Assembly (NCBI GenBank): GCA_045537495.1
Contig: JAZSPN010000133.1
Location: 985-64,984 of the forward strand
Direction of reading: 5' to 3'
Origin: Acutalibacteraceae bacterium
Lineage (GTDB): Bacteria > Bacillota > Clostridia > Oscillospirales > Acutalibacteraceae
DNA length: 64,000 bases
The position numbers were made by a program, and so were the translations under genes. Shown here one piece after another: positions 36,280 to 46,885 of this stretch. The notes under the pieces are model-generated. The model saw only the letters and a program-made list of their open reading frames with translations, was not told the DNA's origin and did not search any database. Within the stretch, counting starts at the first letter, position 1, and every line of letters begins with the position of its first letter.

Positions 36280-37947
36280 GTGAAAAAAGTGGATAATAAT
36301 CAGAAACTTGCAGAGCTTTTATTTCCGAATGTCGGTACCGTGGCAGAGCTTGAGGAAAAATTTCCGCAAAGAAATCTTCCCGAGGGTGCAAAGGTAACAC
36401 GATTTGCACCGAGTCCGACGGGATTTTTGCATATCGGCGGACTTTTTACCGCGTTTGTAAGCGTCCTTGCCGCAAAGGAGTCAAAGGGCATAAGCTTTTT
36501 GAGAATTGAGGACACCGACAAAAAACGTGAGGTCGAGGACGGTGTTTCGGGAATCATCGAGGGATTCAGATCGTTCGGAATCGAATTCGGTGAGGGCGTT
36601 ACGGGCTTTAATGCCGAAAAAGGTGAATACGGACCTTACGTACAGAGTCACAGAGCGGAGATTTATCATACGGTGGCAAAACAGCTTGTACAGCAGGGGC
36701 TTGCATACCCGTGCTTCTGCACGGAGGACGAGCTTTCGGCACTTCGCGAAAAGCAGGAGGAAGAGGGTGCCGTCATAAAGGGCTATTTCGGCAAGTGGGC
36801 AAAATGCCGTGACCTTACGTTCGAGGAGCAGGAAAGACGTATCAAGGCGGGAGAGCCTTATGTACTGCGTCTGAGATCACAGGGAAGCGAAGAGAAGAGA
36901 TTCAGCTTCGACGATCTTGTCCGAGGCAAAATCGAGATGCCCGAAAACTTTTCCGATGCCGTTCTTCTCAAAACGGACTCTATTCCCACGTATCATTTCG
37001 CACACGCTTGCGACGATCATTTCATGAGAGTAACCCACGTCGTTCGAGGCGATGAATGGATAGCTTCCGTTCCGCTTCACATCGCACTGTTCAAGAGCTG
37101 CGGATTCAAGCCCGTCAAATATGCGCACGTTGCGCCCGTTATGAAAGAGGACAACGGCGGAAAGAGAAAGCTTTCCAAACGTAAGGATCCCGAGGCGGCG
37201 GTCAGCTATTTTGTTCAGGAGGGCTGTCCGAAGGAAGCGGTTCTCGAATATCTTCTGACGCTGATCAATTCAAACTTCGAGGACTGGAGAAGAGCAAACC
37301 CCGATGCTTCGCTGTTTGATTTCTCGTTCAGCTTCAAAAAGATGAGCCAGAGCGGAGCCTTGTTCGATCTTGTAAAGCTTCAGGACGTGAGCAAAAACGT
37401 TATTTCCAAAATGGATGCGGAAACGGTATGCGAGAGAACGCTTGAATGGGCAAAGGTATACGATCCTGAGTTTTATGACATAATTTCAAAAGATACGGAC
37501 TATCTTCGTGCCGTACTTTCGATAGACAGAGGAACGGCGAAGCCGAGAAAGGATATTGCGAAGTGGTCCGAGGTCAAGGACAGCGTGGCGTATCTTTACG
37601 AAGAGCTTTATTCGAAGGACTTCACTCTTCCCGAAAACATAACGCCCGACGAAGCTGCTGAGATTCTCCGTAAGTATCTTACGGTTTACGGTGCGGAGGA
37701 TGACAAGGACACATGGTTCTCGAAGATCAAGGATATGTGTGAGCCCTTGGGATATACTCCGAATGTCAAGGAATACAAAAAGAATCCCGAAGCATTCAAG
37801 GGACACGTCGGAGATATTTCTTCCGTCATCAGAATAGCGGTTACTTCGAGAAGGAATACTCCCGATCTTCATGCGATTATGGCGATTCTCGGAGAAGAAA
37901 AGGTAACGGAACGTATAAAGACGGCAATTGAAACTTATACAAAATAA
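36280..37947 (+). CDS. gltX: glutamate--tRNA ligase
   Basis: RFAPSPTGFLHIGG (HIGH) and KLSKRK (KMSKS), class Ic catalytic core. GTG start at 36280. Confidence 0.9.
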   Translation: MKKVDNNQKLAELLFPNVGTVAELEEKFPQRNLPEGAKVTRFAPSPTGFLHIGGLFTAFVSVLAAKESKGISFLRIEDTDKKREVEDGVSGIIEGFRSFGIEFGEGVTGFNAEKGEYGPYVQSHRAEIYHTVAKQLVQQGLAYPCFCTEDELSALREKQEEEGAVIKGYFGKWAKCRDLTFEEQERRIKAGEPYVLRLRSQGSEEKRFSFDDLVRGKIEMPENFSDAVLLKTDSIPTYHFAHACDDHFMRVTHVVRGDEWIASVPLHIALFKSCGFKPVKYAHVAPVMKEDNGGKRKLSKRKDPEAAVSYFVQEGCPKEAVLEYLLTLINSNFEDWRRANPDASLFDFSFSFKKMSQSGALFDLVKLQDVSKNVISKMDAETVCERTLEWAKVYDPEFYDIISKDTDYLRAVLSIDRGTAKPRKDIAKWSEVKDSVAYLYEELYSKDFTLPENITPDEAAEILRKYLTVYGAEDDKDTWFSKIKDMCEPLGYTPNVKEYKKNPEAFKGHVGDISSVIRIAVTSRRNTPDLHAIMAILGEEKVTERIKTAIETYTK

Positions 37948-37962
37948 GAGAGGACGATAACA

Positions 37963-39609
37963 ATGGAAGAAGTCGTAACAAAAGCTTCAAATTTCATATA
38001 CGATTTTATTGACGAAGATCTTGAAAACGGTGTCAACACGAGAGTGCAGACTCGTTTCCCTCCGGAGCCGAACGGATATCTTCACATCGGCCACGCAAAG
38101 GCTATCTGTATAGATTTCCTTACGGCGCAGAAGTACGGCGGAATCTGTAATCTCCGTCTTGACGACACAAATCCTTCGAAAGAGGATGTCGAGTACGTCG
38201 ATGCGATAAAAGAGGACATCGAATGGCTTGGCTTTAAGTGGGAGAAGTGTCTTTATGCTTCAAGCTACTTTGACTTTATTTATGAATGTGCAATAAAGCT
38301 TATCAAAAAGGGTAAGGCGTATGTCTGTGATCTTTCGGTTGACGAGATCAGAGAGTACAGGGGAACTCTTACGGAGCCCGGCAAAAACAGTCCTTACAGA
38401 GATCGTTCAATCGAAGAGAATCTTGATCTTTTCGAGAGAATGACGAACGGCGAGTTTCCCGACGGATCAAAGGTACTCCGTGCAAAGATTGATATGGCAT
38501 CTCCCAACATCAACATGAGAGATCCCGTAATTTACCGTATTGCCCACGTTACACATCATCAGACGGGTGACAAGTGGTGCGTATATCCGATGTATGACTT
38601 TGCACATCCTCTGTCGGATGCAAAGGAGAACGTAACATATTCACTCTGTTCGCTTGAATTTGAAAATCACCGTCCTCTTTACAACTGGTTCATCAACGAA
38701 ATCGGATTTGAAGAGCCTCCGAGACAGATCGAATTTGCAAGACTTAATCTCAACTATTGCGTAACCAGCAAGAGAAAGTGTCTTGAAATGGTTGAAAAGG
38801 GTATTGTCAGCGGCTGGGACGATCCGAGAATGGTAACGCTCAGCGGCATCCGCAGAAGAGGCTATCCCGCAGCGGCAGTACGTGATTTTATAGAAAGAGT
38901 CGGTGTTGCAAAGGCAAACAGCGTTGTTGATTACGGCCTTCTGGAAGCTTGTGCACGAGATGCACTCGGCGATACTGCCCCGAGAGCTATGGCGGTACTT
39001 CGTCCCCTCAAGGTTATCATTGACAACTATCCCGAGGGACAGACCGAAGAGCTTGAGGTTGAGGTGCATCCCGACCATCCCGAAATGGGAACGAGAAAGG
39101 TTACCTTCTCACGTGAAATTTATGTTGAACGTGACGACTTTATGGCGGAGCCCGTAAAGAAGTATTTCCGTCTGTACCCCGGTAACGAGGTTAGACTCAA
39201 GAGCGCATATTTCGTTCGTTGCGAAAGCTTCGAAACAGACGAAAACGGCGAGGTTACCTGCCTTCACTGTTCATACGACCCCGAGAGCAAGGGAGGAAAC
39301 TCCCCCGACGGAAGAAAAGTCAAGGGCACTCTTCACTGGGTAAGTGCCGCTGACTGTGTAAAGGCGGAAGTCAGACTTTACGACAGACTCTTCAACGTCG
39401 AGGATCCGGGTGACGATTACGAGAAGCATTTCAATCCCGAATCTCTTGTAATTCTCAAAGACTGTCTGCTTGAAGGCGGTTTACGCGATGTAAAGAGCGG
39501 TGACGTGTTCCAGTTCATGCGTCAGGGATATTTCTGTGCAGATAAGGACAGCACGGCAGACAATATCATTATCAACAGAACGGTCGCACTCAATTCCTCC
39601 TGGAAATAA
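37963..39609 (+). CDS. glnS: glutamine--tRNA ligase
   Basis: [31 protein letters not shown] and the C-terminal beta-barrel anticodon-binding region, 548 aa. Confidence 0.92.
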   Translation: MEEVVTKASNFIYDFIDEDLENGVNTRVQTRFPPEPNGYLHIGHAKAICIDFLTAQKYGGICNLRLDDTNPSKEDVEYVDAIKEDIEWLGFKWEKCLYASSYFDFIYECAIKLIKKGKAYVCDLSVDEIREYRGTLTEPGKNSPYRDRSIEENLDLFERMTNGEFPDGSKVLRAKIDMASPNINMRDPVIYRIAHVTHHQTGDKWCVYPMYDFAHPLSDAKENVTYSLCSLEFENHRPLYNWFINEIGFEEPPRQIEFARLNLNYCVTSKRKCLEMVEKGIVSGWDDPRMVTLSGIRRRGYPAAAVRDFIERVGVAKANSVVDYGLLEACARDALGDTAPRAMAVLRPLKVIIDNYPEGQTEELEVEVHPDHPEMGTRKVTFSREIYVERDDFMAEPVKKYFRLYPGNEVRLKSAYFVRCESFETDENGEVTCLHCSYDPESKGGNSPDGRKVKGTLHWVSAADCVKAEVRLYDRLFNVEDPGDDYEKHFNPESLVILKDCLLEGGLRDVKSGDVFQFMRQGYFCADKDSTADNIIINRTVALNSSWK

Positions 39610-39625
39610 GAAAGGAATACGGGAT

Positions 39626-40240
39626 ATGTTATACAGAATAGTTTATAAATCCGTTGCGGCGCTTCTGTCGCTTGCGGTAATTCCGATAGCTGTTTTCAGT
39701 CCTATGATCCGTATAGTCGGAGATATGTCGTTCCTTGATTCATATGTGGGAGAAGCACTCAGTCTTTACGATATCTACACTCTTTTCTTCGGAAAGAATT
39801 CAACGTTTGAGGGCTTCGGAGATCTTTCGCTGACACAGCCGATCAAGGATATTTTACCTGCACTTATTACGTCGGGCGTGTTCCTTGTTCTTGCGGTTTT
39901 ACTTGCCGTAATAACAGCGGCAGTTGCAATTTTCGGAAGAAAAAGAAGAAGCATTATCATAATGTCATCGACAATAATTCTCAGCGTTATCGGAATGTTT
40001 ATATCGTTCAATGCGTTTGCACAGCCGTTTGTTGACGGCAGTGTGGGTATTTCGGACCTCGGACTTATCGGATCGGGAATACTTAACTGGCTTGTCGGTG
40101 CAGTTGTAAATATTAAGGTATTACAGATATCTTCGGCAGGATTTCTGATGATAGGATGTGCGTGTGCGGTGCTTTTGTGGACACTTGCATTTGTTCTTGT
40201 CGAAGTCGGTGAAGAAAAACCTAAGAAAAAGGTTGAATAA
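39626..40240 (+). CDS. integral membrane protein, unknown function
   Basis: Five hydrophobic helices. The ATG at 39626 lies just after the glnS stop; the track ORF extension overlaps glnS. Confidence 0.55.
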   Translation: MLYRIVYKSVAALLSLAVIPIAVFSPMIRIVGDMSFLDSYVGEALSLYDIYTLFFGKNSTFEGFGDLSLTQPIKDILPALITSGVFLVLAVLLAVITAAVAIFGRKRRSIIIMSSTIILSVIGMFISFNAFAQPFVDGSVGISDLGLIGSGILNWLVGAVVNIKVLQISSAGFLMIGCACAVLLWTLAFVLVEVGEEKPKKKVE

Positions 40241-40282
40241 TCCGAATCTGTCGATTTGTACGGAAAGGAATGGGTATAATAA

Positions 40283-40993
40283 ATGAATAAAAGGTTCTTT
40301 TGTATTTTTCTTGTTTTCATCATGGCATTGTGCGCATTTACGGCGTGTCAGAAACAGAGCAAATACGGAATTCTGATAGTTGATGAACAGGGTATGGAGC
40401 ACGTTCTGGCAACGGATGAAAACGGAGTTACAATACAGGATAAACGCGGAAATCTTGTTGAAGTCATGACTGACAGCAAAAGTAAAAAACCTGTTCCGGC
40501 ACCTACACAGACAGTTACGGACGAAAGCGGTGAAGTGGTTTCTGTAGCTCATGAAGATGAATACGCTACAAATTCCATCACCTTCCCGGATATTATTCAG
40601 AACGAGGAAAAAGCAGAAACCAGATATTACACGGTGGCGATTCCCGAAGGCTGGGTGCAGGAAGGTTCAAGCCGTATAATTCTCCGTCATACTCAGACGA
40701 ACGCGATGATATCCTTCTATGACGATATGAGCGGTGATGTCGAAAGCATACTTGAGAAAATGGAGAAGTCGAGAGCAAAGCTCGGTGATGCGGACTATGA
40801 ATTCAGCAGCACGGAAACGAAGATCGGCGAAGTAAATGCAACCTGTGCAAGCTACAGGTTCGGAAACGTAGTCAGAAATACGTATGTGTTTGCGGTAAAG
40901 GGAACGGTTTTCCAGATAACCTGCACTGTTGATACGGCAATGGAACAGCAGGTTGATTTCAACAGCGTTTTCAATTCAATTGTATTCAAATAA
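40283..40993 (+). CDS. lipoprotein, unknown function
   Basis: Signal peptide with lipobox FTAC (MNKRFFCIFLVFIMALCAFTAC). Confidence 0.6.
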   Translation: MNKRFFCIFLVFIMALCAFTACQKQSKYGILIVDEQGMEHVLATDENGVTIQDKRGNLVEVMTDSKSKKPVPAPTQTVTDESGEVVSVAHEDEYATNSITFPDIIQNEEKAETRYYTVAIPEGWVQEGSSRIILRHTQTNAMISFYDDMSGDVESILEKMEKSRAKLGDADYEFSSTETKIGEVNATCASYRFGNVVRNTYVFAVKGTVFQITCTVDTAMEQQVDFNSVFNSIVFK

Positions 40994-41005
40994 GGAGGAA
41001 GCCTG

Positions 41006-42022
41006 ATGTTACTGTTTTCACAGGATATAGGTATCGATCTCGGTACTGCAAATACATTGGTTTTTGTCAAGGGAAAGGGCATTGTTATCCGTGAGCCGTC
41101 GGTTGTTGCGGTGGATCAGAGAAGCAATCCCCCGAGAGTTGTTGCTGTCGGTGCCGAAGCGAAGGAAATGATCGGACGAACACCCGGCTCAATAACCGCT
41201 GTCCGTCCTTTGAAAGACGGTGTTATTGCCGACTTTGAAATTACCGCCGAAATGCTGAAAGCATTTATTCGCCGTGCGGTCAGCAGCTCACCGTTCAGCA
41301 GAGCGAGAGTTATGATATGTATTCCCTCGGGAGTTACCGAGGTTGAGCGCCGTGCCGTTTACGATGCGGCAAAGAGTGCCGGAGCGAAGTTCGTAAGCCT
41401 TATTGAAGAGCCCATGGCGGCGGCTATCGGTGCAGGACTTCCTGTAGGTGAAGCGACGGGAAGCATGGTAGTTGATATCGGCGGTGGCACGGCGGAGGTT
41501 GCTGTTATTTCACTCGGAGATATCGTAACTTCACGTTCCGCAAGAGTTGCAGGCAACACGTTTGACGAAGCGATAATTGCTTATATCAAAAAGAAATATA
41601 ATCTTCTCATCGGTGACAGAACTGCCGAAGAGATCAAAATAAAAATAGGCTCTGCATATCCGTATGACGGTGAGGGTGCCATGCACATAAAGGGCAGAAA
41701 CCTCATGGACGGTCTGCCGAAGCACGTGGAAATCACATCGGAGGAAGTCCGTGAAGCCCTGGAGGATCCGGTAAACGCAATTCTCGATGCAGTAAAGCTT
41801 ACTCTCGAAAAGACTCCGCCCGAGCTTGCCTCCGACATTATCGATCACGGAATTATGCTGACAGGCGGCGGTGCTCTTCTTCGCGGTCTTGACCGACTTA
41901 TTGCAGAAGAAACGAGAATCCCCGTCCTGGTCGCGGAAAAACCGCTTGACTGCGTTGTAGACGGAACGGGAATCTGCCTTGAAAGCAGTGCACTGGCGAA
42001 ATTCACAAGCGGCAGAAAATGA
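41006..42022 (+). CDS. mreB: rod-shape determining actin homologue MreB
   Basis: [30 protein letters not shown] and [14 protein letters not shown]. Confidence 0.95.
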   Translation: MLLFSQDIGIDLGTANTLVFVKGKGIVIREPSVVAVDQRSNPPRVVAVGAEAKEMIGRTPGSITAVRPLKDGVIADFEITAEMLKAFIRRAVSSSPFSRARVMICIPSGVTEVERRAVYDAAKSAGAKFVSLIEEPMAAAIGAGLPVGEATGSMVVDIGGGTAEVAVISLGDIVTSRSARVAGNTFDEAIIAYIKKKYNLLIGDRTAEEIKIKIGSAYPYDGEGAMHIKGRNLMDGLPKHVEITSEEVREALEDPVNAILDAVKLTLEKTPPELASDIIDHGIMLTGGGALLRGLDRLIAEETRIPVLVAEKPLDCVVDGTGICLESSALAKFTSGRK

Positions 42023-42039
42023 TTGGGTGATTTTACGGA

Positions 42040-42873
42040 ATGAAACGGTTTTTTAAAAGCTACACATTCAAGGCGTTTGCCGCGATTATAGCGGTACTTT
42101 TATGCGGATCGGCACTTTCCGCACTGACATATGAAAAAGAATCTCCGTTTTCGATGGCGGTAAGCTTCGTATTCGGACCGGTGGAACGTCTTTCCGCAAA
42201 AGCGGCATCAGGTCTTGACAAATTGAAAATAAGTTTCCGTTCGTCTTCGTACTACGAAGAAAGATTCAAGGAGCTTCAGAAGGAATTGGCAGAAAGCAGA
42301 GCGCTTGTCGCCGACTACGAAGAGCTCAGACAGAAGCTCACACTTTACGAAAAGTTTCTTGAAATCAAAGAGGATAATCCGGATTACCGTTTTGTTCCGG
42401 CATCAAACATTTCTTCCGATCCTTCCGGAGCCTACGGAACGATGACTCTCAACAAGGGATCACTGCACGATGTCGAGGTGGACGATCCCGTAATTTACGA
42501 GAGCTATCTCGTCGGAGTGGTTACGTCGGTAAGTCCTACTCAGTGTACGGTAAGTACGCTTCTGAATCCCGGAGTATTCGTAAGTTCCTACGAGATAAGA
42601 ACGCGTGAAGCGGGTTATATCGAAACAACCGCTTCGCTTGCCGATAACGGACTTATACGCTTGGCGGGTGCAACGAGAACAACTGCCATGTCTACGGGAG
42701 GTATTGTCTGTACCTCCGGTACGGGCGGAATTTATCCGAAGGATCTGCTCATCGGAGAAATAACGGAAATTACCGATGCTACCGAAAACATTTCGGCTTA
42801 TGCGATTATAAAGCCGTATGTCGATTTTGACAGTCTTATCGATGTTTTCATAATTACTGATTTCAGCAAATAA
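42040..42873 (+). CDS. mreC: rod-shape determining protein MreC
   Basis: N-terminal TM, coiled-coil region and C-terminal beta domains (GGIYPKDLLIGEI), positioned after mreB. Confidence 0.85.
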   Translation: MKRFFKSYTFKAFAAIIAVLLCGSALSALTYEKESPFSMAVSFVFGPVERLSAKAASGLDKLKISFRSSSYYEERFKELQKELAESRALVADYEELRQKLTLYEKFLEIKEDNPDYRFVPASNISSDPSGAYGTMTLNKGSLHDVEVDDPVIYESYLVGVVTSVSPTQCTVSTLLNPGVFVSSYEIRTREAGYIETTASLADNGLIRLAGATRTTAMSTGGIVCTSGTGGIYPKDLLIGEITEITDATENISAYAIIKPYVDFDSLIDVFIITDFSK

Positions 42874-42890
42874 TTCTTGGGAGAGAGAAC

Positions 42891-43409
42891 GTGACGGGGA
42901 GCGAGTTTGACAACAGAAAGGTATACATACGAAGAGCCTGCTATACGGCGGGCATCCTTGCTGTCGCCATGCTGCAGAATACGGCGGGACTGCTTCCGTC
43001 ATTTTTAGGATTCCGAGCTTTTATCGTTATACCGGCGGTCGTCTGTATCGCAATGTATGAGCGTGAAACGGCGGGAATGTTTTTCGGACTTTTTGCAGGA
43101 CTCCTGTGGGACATGGCGTCACCGTCGGGAGGTCATTTTCAGGCAATAATGATGACGATAATAGGCTTCGTTTGCGGAAGCCTTATCACCTACCTGATGA
43201 GAAACAACCTCATCACGGGAATATTGCTTTCTTTCGGTGCACTTTTGTGTTATACGCTTTTGTGCTGGATGAAGGACTACATATTCAGCGGAAACTTTGA
43301 CGGCGCGTATAAGCTTATTACGTTTTATATACCGTCGTGTATCTATACAATGCTGTTTTTACCGATATTTTATTTTGCCGTAAGATATGCGCATAAAAAA
43401 TTGAGTTAA
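42891..43409 (+). CDS. mreD: rod-shape determining protein MreD
   Basis: 172-aa protein with 5 TM helices following mreC. GTG start. Confidence 0.7.
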   Translation: MTGSEFDNRKVYIRRACYTAGILAVAMLQNTAGLLPSFLGFRAFIVIPAVVCIAMYERETAGMFFGLFAGLLWDMASPSGGHFQAIMMTIIGFVCGSLITYLMRNNLITGILLSFGALLCYTLLCWMKDYIFSGNFDGAYKLITFYIPSCIYTMLFLPIFYFAVRYAHKKLS

Positions 43410-43448
43410 TTACCGATTTTAACAAACGTCAAGGGAGGTTGGATACGG

Positions 43449-45479
43449 TTGAATAATTTTTTGTCAAAGAGCAGAGTTACCGCAAGTATTTGCATGATAC
43501 TGGCAGTTTTTGTGATTTTTGCAATTACACTCATAAAAATTCAGGTTATCGATGCCGATAAGTACGCTTCGGCGCGGTCGGTATCGAAAAGGTCGACGGT
43601 ATCCGCCGCAAGAGGCGAGCTTCTCGACAGAAACGGCACCCCCCTTGTTTCAAACAGACAGGGAAATTCGATTATTTTTGAAAAAGCGGATTTTCCGACC
43701 GATAACAAGGAGATGAACGAGCTCATTCTCAGTCTTATCAGACTTTTCGAGGTGAACGGTGAGGAATGGATCGACAATCTGCCGATTCTCTATCTTCCGA
43801 CGGGATCACTTATGTTTGACGCGGACAGAGAATATGATATCGGCGTCATGAAAAGCAGAGATTACCTTAATCTCAATGACTATGCGACAGCTCAGAACTG
43901 TATGGACGAGCTTGTGAGAATGTTTAAGCTTGAGGGGTACAAAACGGAGGATGCAAGAAAAATCGCTTCGGTCCGTTACGAGATGAAAAGGCTTGCGTTC
44001 AGCGAAAACTATCCGTATACCTTTGCGCAGGACGTATCGACTCAGCTTGTTTCACGAATCAAGGAAAACAGCAATTATTACAGAGGTGTCAACGTCGAAA
44101 TCGAATCGTACAGAGAGTATACCGACGGAGAAATTGCGCCGCATGTACTCGGTCTTGTAGGTCCCATCAGTGCAGAAGAATATGCACGGCTCAAGGAAGA
44201 GGGCTACGGACTTAACGATGTTATAGGAAAAAGCGGACTTGAGGGTGCGTTTGAAAGTTACTTGAAAGGAATAACGGGAGAAAAAACCGTTTACACGGAG
44301 GCTGACGGCACCAAGAGGGCAGAGATAACGAAGACGCCCGTTCAGGGGAATACCATTATAACGACGCTTGACATGAATCTGCAAAAAGTGGTTCAGGATT
44401 CTCTGGCAAACGTACTGAACTCTATTTCGAAGCCCATCCCGTCAGCGGGTGCGGCCGTTGTCATAAAGGTAAACACGGGCGAGGTTCTTGCCTCTGCAAC
44501 ATATCCTACTTATAACAATGCAACATACAGCGAGGATTACGAAAAGCTTATTGCCGACAAGGATTCGAATCCGCTCTACAACCGTGCACTTCTCAGCACG
44601 TATGTTCCGGGATCGACCATCAAGATGTCGGTTGCAATAGCGGCGCTTGAAGAAGGAATAATTGATTCCGAAACTCAGGTTTTCTGTGACGGATCGTACA
44701 AGTATCTCGATCAGAATTTCAAGTGCGAACAGAAACATACAACTTCGTTCCAGGGCGTTGTGACTGCACTTTGTGAATCGTGCAACTCATTTTTTTACGA
44801 TTGCGGAGCGAAACTCGGATATGCAAAGATGAACGAATACCGTACGATGTTCGGACTCGGACAGAAGACGGGAATTGAGATCAGCGAATCCGTCGGCGTT
44901 ATGGACAGTCCCGAGTACAGAGCATCGCTTAATCAGAACTGGTACGAGGGTTATAACGTACAGACGGCGATCGGTCAGGGTAACCTTTTTACTCCGATAC
45001 AGCTTGCAAATTACTGTGCCATAATTGCAAACGGCGGTGTAAGATATAATCTGCATTTTATCAAGTCGATAAAAAGCTATGATTATTCCGAAACAATTCT
45101 TGAAAAAACACCCGAAATTCTCGGCAAGGTAGGCTTCCGTGAAGAGAATGTTGAACTGGTAAAGAAGGGAATGTACAACTTCTGCAAAATAGGACACGGT
45201 GCAAAGTATTTCAGTGAGCTTCCCGTTGACGTAGCGGGAAAGACGGGTACGTCGCAGGCAATATGGACAGGCTCAGACGGAAAATCAATCAAAATCAACA
45301 ACGCATTTTTCGTTTCGTTTGCCCCGTACGACGATCCCGAAATTGCACTTTGCATCGTCGGTGAAGGTGTGTCCGCATCGACAAGTATTCTTCCGATAGC
45401 GGCGGATATCTATAATTATTATTTCTCCCAGGGCGGATCGGTTGACGCGGCTCCGTCGGAAGACCGGCTGATCGGATAA
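43449..45479 (+). CDS. mrdA: penicillin-binding protein 2 (class B transpeptidase)
   Basis: N-terminal anchor and PBP dimerisation domain. Motifs are STIK (SxxK), the catalytic serine being that of PGSTIK; SCN (SxN), within CESCNSFF; and KTGT. TTG start. Confidence 0.85.
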   Translation: MNNFLSKSRVTASICMILAVFVIFAITLIKIQVIDADKYASARSVSKRSTVSAARGELLDRNGTPLVSNRQGNSIIFEKADFPTDNKEMNELILSLIRLFEVNGEEWIDNLPILYLPTGSLMFDADREYDIGVMKSRDYLNLNDYATAQNCMDELVRMFKLEGYKTEDARKIASVRYEMKRLAFSENYPYTFAQDVSTQLVSRIKENSNYYRGVNVEIESYREYTDGEIAPHVLGLVGPISAEEYARLKEEGYGLNDVIGKSGLEGAFESYLKGITGEKTVYTEADGTKRAEITKTPVQGNTIITTLDMNLQKVVQDSLANVLNSISKPIPSAGAAVVIKVNTGEVLASATYPTYNNATYSEDYEKLIADKDSNPLYNRALLSTYVPGSTIKMSVAIAALEEGIIDSETQVFCDGSYKYLDQNFKCEQKHTTSFQGVVTALCESCNSFFYDCGAKLGYAKMNEYRTMFGLGQKTGIEISESVGVMDSPEYRASLNQNWYEGYNVQTAIGQGNLFTPIQLANYCAIIANGGVRYNLHFIKSIKSYDYSETILEKTPEILGKVGFREENVELVKKGMYNFCKIGHGAKYFSELPVDVAGKTGTSQAIWTGSDGKSIKINNAFFVSFAPYDDPEIALCIVGEGVSASTSILPIAADIYNYYFSQGGSVDAAPSEDRLIG

Positions 45480-45500
45480 TTCGGTGAAAGGAAACGTGTT

Positions 45501-46235
45501 ATGGCTCGGAATATAGTTATTGCTTCGGGAAAAGGCGGAGTCGGAAAGTCATCTATGACAAAAGGGATCTGTCTTTCTCTCTCACAGCTCGGATACCGTG
45601 TTCTTGCGATTGACTGTGACATAGGACTTCGCTGTCTTGATATTCTTTTCGACTCCGGATCACAGTGCGTTTTTGACTGGGGCGATATTGTGTGCGGGGT
45701 GTGCGGTCCGTTCAAGGCGATTACAAGTGCGCACGGAGTCGACATTCTGGCGGCACCTGCATCTGTTTTGCCCGAGTTTACGCCTCTTGCGGTACGCAAC
45801 ATGGTAAAAAAGTTTGACTGTGATTACGATTACATAATTGTCGATGCCCCCGCAGGTATCGGAACGGCATTTATGCTGGCATCCTCCATGGCGGATGAAG
45901 GTATAATTGTATCAACCCCCGATCCCGTCTGTGTCCGTGCCGCCGAAAAAGCGGGTGAAGAGCTGAAAAAATACGGAGTCGGCGAAGTACGTCTTATCAT
46001 AAATAAATTTAACAAAGGTGCGGTTGAAAACAGATTTCTTCTTAACATTGATGACACCGTTGATTCAACGGGAGTCAGACTTCTCGGAATTGTTCCCGAG
46101 GATATGGAAATTCCGTTTAACTACACAAGCGGAAGAAATCTTTCGAAGAAAAGCGGTGCTTCAAAAGCGTTTCTCCGTATTGCAAAGAGAATAAGCGGTG
46201 AAAATTTACCGCTTAATTTAAAGCTGTTAAAATAA
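45501..46235 (+). CDS. minD: MinD/ParA-type ATPase
   Basis: Deviant Walker A SGKGGVGKS and DCDIGLRCLD (the MinD-type D.D.GLRNLD). No minC or minE is adjacent. Confidence 0.7.
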   Translation: MARNIVIASGKGGVGKSSMTKGICLSLSQLGYRVLAIDCDIGLRCLDILFDSGSQCVFDWGDIVCGVCGPFKAITSAHGVDILAAPASVLPEFTPLAVRNMVKKFDCDYDYIIVDAPAGIGTAFMLASSMADEGIIVSTPDPVCVRAAEKAGEELKKYGVGEVRLIINKFNKGAVENRFLLNIDDTVDSTGVRLLGIVPEDMEIPFNYTSGRNLSKKSGASKAFLRIAKRISGENLPLNLKLLK

Positions 46236-46261
46236 TTGATATATTGAAAGGAAGTATTATC

Positions 46262-46834
46262 ATGAAACCTGTATTAATCGAAACGTCGGCAAGACATTTG
46301 CACGTAACAAAGGAAGTCCTCGAAACTCTCTTCGGCGAAGGCTACGAGCTTACTCCCAAAAAGGACCTTTCTCAGCCCGGACAGTTTGCTTGTGAAGAAA
46401 GAGTAGAGGTTATCGGTCCCAAGAAGAGCTTCCCGGCAGTTTCCATTCTCGGTCCCGTAAGACCTGAAACACAGATTGAGCTTTCCGCTTCCGATGCACG
46501 TACGATCGGTGTTGCCGCGTTCGTCAGAGAGAGCGGAGATATCGCGGGCACGGCGCCTTGCAAGCTTGTCGGTCCCAAGGGTGAAGTTGAGCTTGACTGT
46601 GGTGTTATCGTTGCAAAGCGTCATATCCACATGACGCCCGAGGATGCCGCGGAATACGGTGTCAGCGACAAGCAGATCGTTTCCGTAAAAATTGACAACG
46701 ATGACCGTTCACTTATTTTCGGTGATGTTGTTGTCAGAGTAAGCCCCAAGTATGCTCTTGCAATGCACATTGATACGGATGAGGCGAATGCAGCACTTGC
46801 ATCGGGCAACACATACGGCGAAATCATTAAATAA
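46262..46834 (+). CDS. pduL: phosphate acyltransferase PduL
   Basis: IETSARHLHV... and AKRHIHMTPEDA... are the two PduL repeat signatures. Confidence 0.85.
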   Translation: MKPVLIETSARHLHVTKEVLETLFGEGYELTPKKDLSQPGQFACEERVEVIGPKKSFPAVSILGPVRPETQIELSASDARTIGVAAFVRESGDIAGTAPCKLVGPKGEVELDCGVIVAKRHIHMTPEDAAEYGVSDKQIVSVKIDNDDRSLIFGDVVVRVSPKYALAMHIDTDEANAALASGNTYGEIIK

Positions 46835-46847
46835 GTTATAAAAATTA

Positions 46848-46885
46848 CCGTTTCACGAAGAGGAATCTTTGTGAAACGGCTTTTT
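46848..46885 (+). terminator. rho-independent terminator
   Basis: CCGTTTCAC-14 nt-GTGAAACGG followed by CTTTTT. Confidence 0.6.
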
